Assembly (NCBI GenBank): GCA_965214705.1
Contig: OZ243972.1
Location: forward strand, 3,744,001-3,808,000
Reading direction: 5' to 3'
DNA from: Alphaproteobacteria bacterium
GTDB taxonomy: Bacteria > Pseudomonadota > Alphaproteobacteria > UBA828
Length of the DNA stretch: 64,000 nt
Every line of letters starts with the position of its first letter. Within the stretch, counting starts at the first letter, position 1. A model generated the notes under the pieces. The model was given only the letters and a program-made list of their open reading frames with translations. It had not been told where the DNA came from and made no database searches. The translations under genes and the position numbers were made by a program. Below, piece after piece: positions 7,024-13,887 of the stretch.

Positions 7024-9501
7024 CTACAGGTAAAGATACCGGTAATCCATCAACAAGTACGACAGCACCACAACCCATGCCCGCGCTGAATAGTGTACGT
7101 CGGAATAGTTTATACTGTTTATGTAGGCGTCCACGCGATCCCCGTCGAACTCAATAGAGGGTCCCCATTCATTCTGCCGCTCCTGCAAGATATCGTCCAA
7201 AATTCCGTCGAAAAAGTACTTGTCTTCCCAAAATCTACAATCCCAGGGATTAAACCAATCACTTTCCGAACTGGAGCGGCGCTCCGTAACGTCGATAAAC
7301 AACTCAAATGCGGAGTTTACCTCTGGCGAATGTGGCATTACCTCAACGCCCAGAAGTTTGTCATACAGCTCGACCAGCTTGTTCCTAATTGCAGTCGCAC
7401 CGCCGCCAGAAAGTGTTTCATCCAGCACTGCTATTTGCAGCTGCGCAACGTCATCACCAACTTGATCTGCCCGCGCCACGAGTTCAAGCGTGTAGTCTCC
7501 GGCGGCTGAGACTTCGATTGGCGCGTCCACCGAGCCGCTGCAGTGAAGTGCGAAGTGGTCATAGACCGGATGATTGCAATCGCTTACGGGTTCCAGGTTT
7601 TCGAGCTCGTAACTCGCGACAATCCGGCCCGTGGCGTCTCGAATGTCAAGTCGATCCAGACGAACGTGGCGTCCCCTGTCAGATTCGTGATCGTACCAGG
7701 AGTTAAGAAAGCTCATTCTCACCGTGCTGGTGCCCGCCGGCAACGATGCTTCCAGCGAATACGTTTCCCATTCGTCTTCGGCCTCGACATGAAAGAAAGC
7801 GACGTCTCCTTGGTTAGGTATCACATTCGCATCGAAGCCAGCGAACAACTTGCGATCCTCATCCGGCAACAGATAAAGCTCGCGCAGGACTACGGGACAA
7901 CTCGTTCGCACAGCGTGTCTCTTGGCTACACCGGCCATGACAGACGTGATATCCCGCGCTCGTTCGGTGATCCCGTCAGAGTCGATACCGCCGTACAGCA
8001 GGCCAAAAGCCCCGGTCAGTTCATTTGGCAAAGCGTCACAATCGCCCCCGCAGCCGGTATCGACATGCCTACCCCACTGAAAACCAGTTAGAGCGTCCGT
8101 TTTGTGTGCCAACTCCTCAGGTGTCAGCAGGCGTCGGGCGCCCGCATCGCGCAGCGCGACCTTGCGCACCGGGTCCTCGTAGCCGAGCGCATCCGCCCGG
8201 AACCACTTGGAGAGCACAATCTCGACCAGGAGGTCCTTGAGATTGTACCGCGCTCCATAACGGAAGCCCTGCCGGAACCCCGCCGCAAGCCGCCTCACTT
8301 CGGCGCTCTGCGAGTTGGCGGCGAGAAGCTGGCCCACGAAATCGGGGTCACCCTCTTCCGCTGGCGGCTCCGCGACCTCGCTCCCCATGAGCGCCGGCCA
8401 CCAGAACCTGACCGTCGCCTCGGCGAAGCGCGGGTCTGCGACGATCTTCCGCGCAAGCCACTGCAGACCGTCCTCGCCGTCTGGCGCCAGTTCACCGCCG
8501 AAACCCGGAGTCCGCATGTCGCGGTACCACGTGTCCCCCTCTTCGTAGGGGTTGGGGATGACTGCTAGCCTAGCGTAGCCATCATCGCCATAGCGCTCAT
8601 CGTACCCGTTCGACCAGGCAGCCACTTCAACGGTGTAGGGGCCATGTTCGGGAACCTCGACGTCGATAAGAATTTCGCATTCGTAATAATCCCCCCACAG
8701 TCTGAAGTAATCTTCGCGTCCGGTGTCGGGATTACGTGGCTTATCTCCACACACGCCCCAAGACGCGACCGGCGGGACCAAGTCCTCGAACTCCACACGG
8801 GTCACCCGCCGACCCAGCGAATCGAGGACATCCAGACGGTCGAGATACACCTCCCCACCCTCTCGGGCGGCTTCGTCCCAAAAGTGGTTCGGGCGGGCCA
8901 CTTTCAGCTTCTGGATGCCGGCGGCAAGGAACAGCGGCCAACTCAGCGTTACCCGGTCTCGCCAGGAGGTTGTTTCGACATTCAGCTCGGTTCCGAGCTC
9001 TTTTTTGTAGAGTTCATGAAGCGAATCCATGCCGCCCCACTGGTCCTTGTAGAATCCTTCATCGCCGTAGTCTTGGAACGCCCCGGCAACGGGGTCCATG
9101 ACGGTGTGGCAGACGGTGCAGGCGGGGTTGCGCATGGTCGGGTTGTTGGTATCAGCCAAGGCAACCGGGTCCATGGTTCGCGAGGCGGAGTTCTCGATGT
9201 CCACGCCGAGGAAGTGATAGTAGGTCCAGCGCGCCCGCGCCCGGTTGCGGTTGGTGGCCGTCGTGGGATAGCGGAACAGGAATGAGGTCGTGTTGAGCAC
9301 GCCGGCGTACGGATAATCGGTCCGCAGGGAGCCGGGGTCCAAGACACGGGTAGCAAGAAGAGCGGGGTCATATTCGTCCTTGTAGTCTTCACCCCTTCGA
9401 TAATACTTGGAGATCTTCGACGGCTTGAACTCGTGCCAATCTTCAGGATCGTTGAATCTCGTCGTAGCCCCATAGGCTCTGGCCGCAAATGGATTGGCCA
9501 T
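7024..9501 (-). CDS. C-terminal half of a frameshifted giant secreted protein (DUF1588-like heme-motif core, two putative carbohydrate-binding inserts)
   Basis: AGVLNT..FLFRYPTTATNRNRARARW and NPACTVCHTVMDP..GAF; RRLLTPEEL; ends YLLMDYRYLYL. The frame is open upstream of ATG 9501 to the G8 run at 9714-9721. Confidence 0.75.
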   Translation of the reverse strand: MANPFAARAYGATTRFNDPEDWHEFKPSKISKYYRRGEDYKDEYDPALLATRVLDPGSLRTDYPYAGVLNTTSFLFRYPTTATNRNRARARWTYYHFLGVDIENSASRTMDPVALADTNNPTMRNPACTVCHTVMDPVAGAFQDYGDEGFYKDQWGGMDSLHELYKKELGTELNVETTSWRDRVTLSWPLFLAAGIQKLKVARPNHFWDEAAREGGEVYLDRLDVLDSLGRRVTRVEFEDLVPPVASWGVCGDKPRNPDTGREDYFRLWGDYYECEILIDVEVPEHGPYTVEVAAWSNGYDERYGDDGYARLAVIPNPYEEGDTWYRDMRTPGFGGELAPDGEDGLQWLARKIVADPRFAEATVRFWWPALMGSEVAEPPAEEGDPDFVGQLLAANSQSAEVRRLAAGFRQGFRYGARYNLKDLLVEIVLSKWFRADALGYEDPVRKVALRDAGARRLLTPEELAHKTDALTGFQWGRHVDTGCGGDCDALPNELTGAFGLLYGGIDSDGITERARDITSVMAGVAKRHAVRTSCPVVLRELYLLPDEDRKLFAGFDANVIPNQGDVAFFHVEAEDEWETYSLEASLPAGTSTVRMSFLNSWYDHESDRGRHVRLDRLDIRDATGRIVASYELENLEPVSDCNHPVYDHFALHCSGSVDAPIEVSAAGDYTLELVARADQVGDDVAQLQIAVLDETLSGGGATAIRNKLVELYDKLLGVEVMPHSPEVNSAFELFIDVTERRSSSESDWFNPWDCRFWEDKYFFDGILDDILQERQNEWGPSIEFDGDRVDAYINSINYSDVHYSARAWVVVLSYLLMDYRYLYL

Positions 9502-9566
9502 GATGTAGTCGGCCGTCAGGATCTCCGTGTACGGAAGATCGTTCTCGACAATATGGGCAATCAGCT

Positions 9567-12224
9567 CTACCGGTGCTCGTCGGAAGCCATGTTGGACTTG
9601 GTTCCACCAATTCCAGTATGACGCCCAGTCATCACTCTCAACTGCAAGCTTCGTACGTCTGTAGCTCTCATTGACGAAGTCAACAAAGAATCCCGCATTT
9701 GGATCAATGACGGCCCCCCCCTGTCCGTCAGCAGTCTGTCATTCGCGCCTCGGATGAGGAAGTCGTGGAACTCTGGTCCGGTCATCATGTTGCGGATGGT
9801 GGAGCGCAGCGCCGTCGGGCTGGCATAGATCGAGGCGTACTCTTCATCCGTCGGGATGCGGCCCGCGAATATCAGCGCCGCGCGGCGAAGCGTCTTGCGC
9901 AACGGCGCCATCTGCACAGGATCGAACAGCGTCTCAACCGTGATCACCGCTGGCACAACGTCCGCATCCAGACGGCCAAGGAACTGCTCCATCTGCGCAA
10001 AGTCCGCAGTCCCCGCCAGCACCTGCGCACCGCCCCCGTGCGACACACCCTGGATCTTGCTCAGGATGAGAGACGCCCCACTTTCGACCTCCGACAGGAA
10101 GGCCTCAAAGACCTCCAGGTTCAACGCCTCGTGGTCAGGCGTCGTGGACGGCACGAACACCAGCCGCGTGTTCCCCGACACGCCGCCTTCCACATGGCAG
10201 GCAATGCACTTCGACTGAACCACAGCCTCAGAGATGTGCTGGCTGAACAGAGCAGAAGGTCCGTCCAGATGCTCAAGGAACCGCTCCATCTGCGCGAAGT
10301 CCCTGCTCCCCGCCGGCACCTGCTCGCCGCCGCCATGCGACACACCCTGGATCTTGTTCAGGATGACCGAGGTCCCGCCCTCCATCTCCGACAGGAAGGA
10401 GGCGAAGGCCTCCAGGTTTAACGCTTCGTGGTCAGGCGTCGAGGAGCGCTCGAACACCAGCCGCGTGTTCCCGGACACGCCCCCCTCCACGTGGCAGGCG
10501 ATACACTTCGACTGCACCACAGGGCCAGAAATCCACTGTCCAAACACCGCCGCAGCCGTCGCCGTGTCCCCAGACCCTCCCGATGCGTCCGCCAGCAGGC
10601 CAAGCGTGGCGTTCGGTGCCGTCGACAGGTTCGCGAGATGCCCGCTCGGACCAGACAGCAAGTTCATCACCTTAAGACGCCGGTTCGCACTCACCCCCAG
10701 GTGCCATTCCCCATCGCCATCGCCGAGCGAGCCGGAAAGCCTGCTCCCCGTGCCCTCTTCGAGATCAGACACCGTCACCTCACGCGACGCGCCCGCCGCC
10801 AGCGTCAGCTGCACCGCGCCGCCAGCCATCGCGCCCGTGCCGTCAACCCCCCGGATGATGATCTCCGCCTCCGTCGCCGAAGGATTGATCAGCCGGAGCT
10901 TCCCCGTCTGCCCCGGTGTCTCCGCCGCATCCAGCAGCGTCACCTGATGACCCCACGCCCGGCGCGGCACCAGGTCGTGCATCGCCGACAGAAGTCCGTC
11001 CTGAACCCCCAGCGGGTGGACATAGGAGAGAACCGCAATGTCGAGAGAGGTGCTCAGCCGCAGCCGCCAGTCCCCGCTGCCCGCGCCCGTGCCCACGGGA
11101 AGTCCCTTGCCCGAGCTGCCCCCCTCAAGCTCGCCCGAGTTGATGACGAGGCTTTCCAGCGCGCTGAGCCGCAGCGTCACCGGCCCGTACGACGTGCCCG
11201 TGTCGTCGACCGCCTCGATCTCCACCCGGCCGAACTGGTCCGTGCGGTTGACGATGCGCAGCACGCCTTCGAGCTCCGTGCGCGAGGCCGAGGGGAACAG
11301 CCCCACCGTGTGGATCGTCGTCGCCCCGTCGCCGCCGTCCACCGCAGCAACCGGACCGCTCGACAGGTTGCTCATCGCCCCGCTGCTCGAACTCACCAGC
11401 AGGTTCATCACCGCGATCGGACGGTCCGCCGTCACAATCAGACGCCACCGACCCGACCCATCGCCGAGCGACCCGCTCAGACCATCGCCGTCCCCCGTCT
11501 CAAGCTCGGACGCCGTGACCATCCGCGACGCCCGTGCCGGTAGAGACAGGCGCACGGCTCCACCCGGCGAGGCGCCCTCATCATCGATCCCCTCGATGGT
11601 CACCGCCGCCGCCATAGCGCCGGGGTTGATCAGGCGCAACCGGCTCACCTGCCCGGTGGTGCTCGCGGGATTGAACAGAGCGATCCGGTACCCCGAGCCG
11701 CCCTGCCGCACCACGTCCTGCATCCCGCTCACCAGACCGTCCTGCGTCCGGGCGTAGGACAAGACCTCGATATCCAGGGTGCTGCTCAGCTCAAGGCGCC
11801 AGGCTCCTGTGCCCGCGCCGATGCCCGCGCGGAAGCCCGTCTCCGCATCGCCCTCCTCCAGATCGCCGGCATCGAAATGCACCGTCTCGCCCGCGCCGAT
11901 ATCCAGCGTCACCGGGCCATGGCGCAGGCCGGCGTCGTCGTAGGCCACGATGCTCACCGTGCCCGCCGACATCGCATGATTGATGATGCGCACATGGCCG
12001 ACGCTGCCCGTCGCCGTCGACTGCGTGAGAAGCGGCACCGTGAGCGTAGAGGACGCACCTGTCGAGGTCGTCGCCGTGCGATCAACCGCGCCATAAACAA
12101 ACGCAGCGGACACGCAAAGAACTCCGGCGAACACCACAGGGATCGCCAGAGACTTGCGCAGGCCTCGTATCAGTCGCCACGGATGTAGCCCCGCGACCGC
12201 AGCCAGCCATGTTCTTGCCAGCAT
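9567..12224 (-). CDS. N-terminal half of the frameshifted giant secreted protein: signal peptide, four beta-rich repeat modules, two CxxCH domains
   Basis: Sec-like signal (RKSLAIPVVFAGVLCVSAAFVYG), A-B-A-B modules of ~115 aa, 2x QSKCIACHVEGG...HGGG, then TLRRAALIFAGRIPT...ANDRLLTD. The last ~48 codons are off-frame read-through. Confidence 0.75.
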   Translation of the reverse strand: MLARTWLAAVAGLHPWRLIRGLRKSLAIPVVFAGVLCVSAAFVYGAVDRTATTSTGASSTLTVPLLTQSTATGSVGHVRIINHAMSAGTVSIVAYDDAGLRHGPVTLDIGAGETVHFDAGDLEEGDAETGFRAGIGAGTGAWRLELSSTLDIEVLSYARTQDGLVSGMQDVVRQGGSGYRIALFNPASTTGQVSRLRLINPGAMAAAVTIEGIDDEGASPGGAVRLSLPARASRMVTASELETGDGDGLSGSLGDGSGRWRLIVTADRPIAVMNLLVSSSSGAMSNLSSGPVAAVDGGDGATTIHTVGLFPSASRTELEGVLRIVNRTDQFGRVEIEAVDDTGTSYGPVTLRLSALESLVINSGELEGGSSGKGLPVGTGAGSGDWRLRLSTSLDIAVLSYVHPLGVQDGLLSAMHDLVPRRAWGHQVTLLDAAETPGQTGKLRLINPSATEAEIIIRGVDGTGAMAGGAVQLTLAAGASREVTVSDLEEGTGSRLSGSLGDGDGEWHLGVSANRRLKVMNLLSGPSGHLANLSTAPNATLGLLADASGGSGDTATAAAVFGQWISGPVVQSKCIACHVEGGVSGNTRLVFERSSTPDHEALNLEAFASFLSEMEGGTSVILNKIQGVSHGGGEQVPAGSRDFAQMERFLEHLDGPSALFSQHISEAVVQSKCIACHVEGGVSGNTRLVFVPSTTPDHEALNLEVFEAFLSEVESGASLILSKIQGVSHGGGAQVLAGTADFAQMEQFLGRLDADVVPAVITVETLFDPVQMAPLRKTLRRAALIFAGRIPTDEEYASIYASPTALRSTIRNMMTGPEFHDFLIRGANDRLLTDRGGPSLIQMRDSLLTSSMRATDVRSLQLRVMTGRHTGIGGTKSNMASDEHR
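9714..9721 (-). other. G8 homopolymer at the frameshift point
   Basis: Eight C on the + strand. G9 would read DRGGAVIDPNAGFF...ELIAHIVENDLPYTEILTADYIMANP and fuse the two ORFs. Confidence 0.9.
9968..10522 (-). repeat. Tandem duplication (297-bp period) of a cytochrome c-like domain
   Basis: CGACACACCCTGGATCTTG occurs at 10041 and 10338; both protein copies read VVQSKCIACHVEGGVSGNTRLVF...TPDHEALNL...KIQGVSHGGG..DFAQME.FL. Confidence 0.95.
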
Positions 12225-12270
12225 CCTAACCTGCCAGCATCTCAACCGACCCGGCCCATAAAACCACTAG

Positions 12271-12419
12271 GGAAGGTCTGAATAAGTGCCTCCTGCATTT
12301 CTCAGACGCGCAAGGCGGAAGCGCGCTTTCCGCTTTGCTCACATTTTCAGTGACTTACAGCCACCGAAAATGGTGGCACATCCCTGTGCCACGGGAACCC
12401 CTGATAAATCAGAGGTTCC
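12271..12419. mobile_element. 149-bp IS5-type MITE with CTAG target duplication
   Basis: CTAG (12267-12270), GGAAGGTCTGAATAAG ... TAAATCAGAGGTTCC, CTAG (12420-12423). Left end matches the neighbouring IS5 end at 14/16. No ORF; several internal hairpins. Confidence 0.8.
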
Positions 12420-12482
12420 CTAGAGAAGACCGCAAGCAATCTCTAAATCCAATACAACTCTACAGTCAATTCAGACAACTAG

Positions 12483-13684
12483 GGAAGGTCTGATCAAGTC
12501 GGGTGTGCCATGATTTGCGCATGAGTCGCGGATTGGATGATCGTGTCATGGCACAGGCAAGCTTTGCGGAACTGGAGCACGAGATGAAGAAGCGCCGGAC
12601 GCGGCGCGAGCTGTTCCTTGAGAAGATGGACAAGCTGGTTCCGTGGGAGCGGCTGGAACGACGGATCGAGCCGTTCTATCCGAAGGCGGGGCGCGGTCGG
12701 CGCCCGTACCCGCTTGGGGTGATGCTGCGGGTTCACTGCGTGCAGTTGTTCTACAACCTGAGCGATCCGGGGATGGAGGACCTGCTCTACGAGGTGGAGT
12801 CGGTGAGGCGTTTCGTGGGGCTGCGCCTGACGGAGGCGCTGCCCGACGAGACCACCATCCTGAACTTCCGGCATCTGCTGGAGAGGCACGATCTGGGCGC
12901 GGGTCTGTTCGAGGAGATCAATGCGCACCTGGCATCGCGCGGCCATCGGCTGCGCACGGGGACGATCGTTGACGCGAGCATCATCGAGGCGCCGTCGTCG
13001 ACGAAGAACCGGCGCCGGGCACGGGACCCCGAGATGCGTCAGACGAAGAAGGGCAAGCAGTGGTATTTCGGGATGAAGGCGCACATCGGGGTGGACGCCG
13101 GGTCGGGTCTGGCGCACAGCGTGGTGACGACGGCGGCCAACGCAAGCGACGTGACGCAGGCGGGAGCGCTGCTGCATGGCGCTGAGACGACGGCGTGGGG
13201 CGACGCGGGCTACCAGGGGGTGGAGAAGCGGCCTGAGCACCGGGATGGCGGTGTCGAGTGGCGTGTGGCGATGAAGCCGGGGCGGCGGCGGCTTCTGGGC
13301 GAGGGCGGCGCCGAAGCGGCGGCGGAGACGCGCAAGGCGTCAGTGCGGGCGAAAGTGGAGCATCCGTTCCTGTACGTGAAGCGGCACTTCGGCTACGCCA
13401 GGGTGCGCTACCGGGGCGTGGCGAAGAACAGGCAGCGCATCGCGTTGCTGCTGGGGTTCTCGAACCTGCTGATCGCCGGCCGCTACGCGACGCAATGACA
13501 GGGGAGCAGGTTGCCCGCTGCGGGCGGGACGGCGGGGAAGGAGGCGGATCGACACGGATATCACCCGTTCGCAACGCATCCCGCGACAAAAGCAGCCCCC
13601 GGCCCGTCGGCAATATCGTCGAGCTTCAAATCCAAGCTGCCTCTCCCCCTCGAAGCCGAGAAGATGGGGTTGTTCAGACTTTCC
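12483..13684 (+). mobile_element. IS5-family insertion sequence (1202 bp)
   Basis: TIRs GGAAGGTCTGATCAA / TTGTTCAGACTTTCC (13/15 match); flanks CTAG (left) and TTAA (right). Confidence 0.92.
12548..13498 (+). CDS. IS5-family DDE transposase
   Basis: KRRTRRELFL, YNLSDPGMED, PDETTILNFRHLL, IVDASII, WYFGMKAHIGVD, GDAGYQG, RAKVEHPF. ATG 12548 preferred. Confidence 0.96.
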   Translation: MAQASFAELEHEMKKRRTRRELFLEKMDKLVPWERLERRIEPFYPKAGRGRRPYPLGVMLRVHCVQLFYNLSDPGMEDLLYEVESVRRFVGLRLTEALPDETTILNFRHLLERHDLGAGLFEEINAHLASRGHRLRTGTIVDASIIEAPSSTKNRRRARDPEMRQTKKGKQWYFGMKAHIGVDAGSGLAHSVVTTAANASDVTQAGALLHGAETTAWGDAGYQGVEKRPEHRDGGVEWRVAMKPGRRRLLGEGGAEAAAETRKASVRAKVEHPFLYVKRHFGYARVRYRGVAKNRQRIALLLGFSNLLIAGRYATQ

Positions 13685-13887
13685 TTAACGTGAACAGGCC
13701 CTACCGGAACGGCGGCGAATAGAGGGCGCCGCGTCTGCTTTCGATCGAGTGTCCGGCGGTTGCCTCAGGACCGCTCTCCCCATAACATCCTGCCGCCCGG
13801 CACACGAGGAGGCCGGGCCATGATCGAATCGGCGCGTCGTCGAGCCCGAGCGGCCCGGCGTGCGCCTCACTGCGTGGGAGAGTGGTG

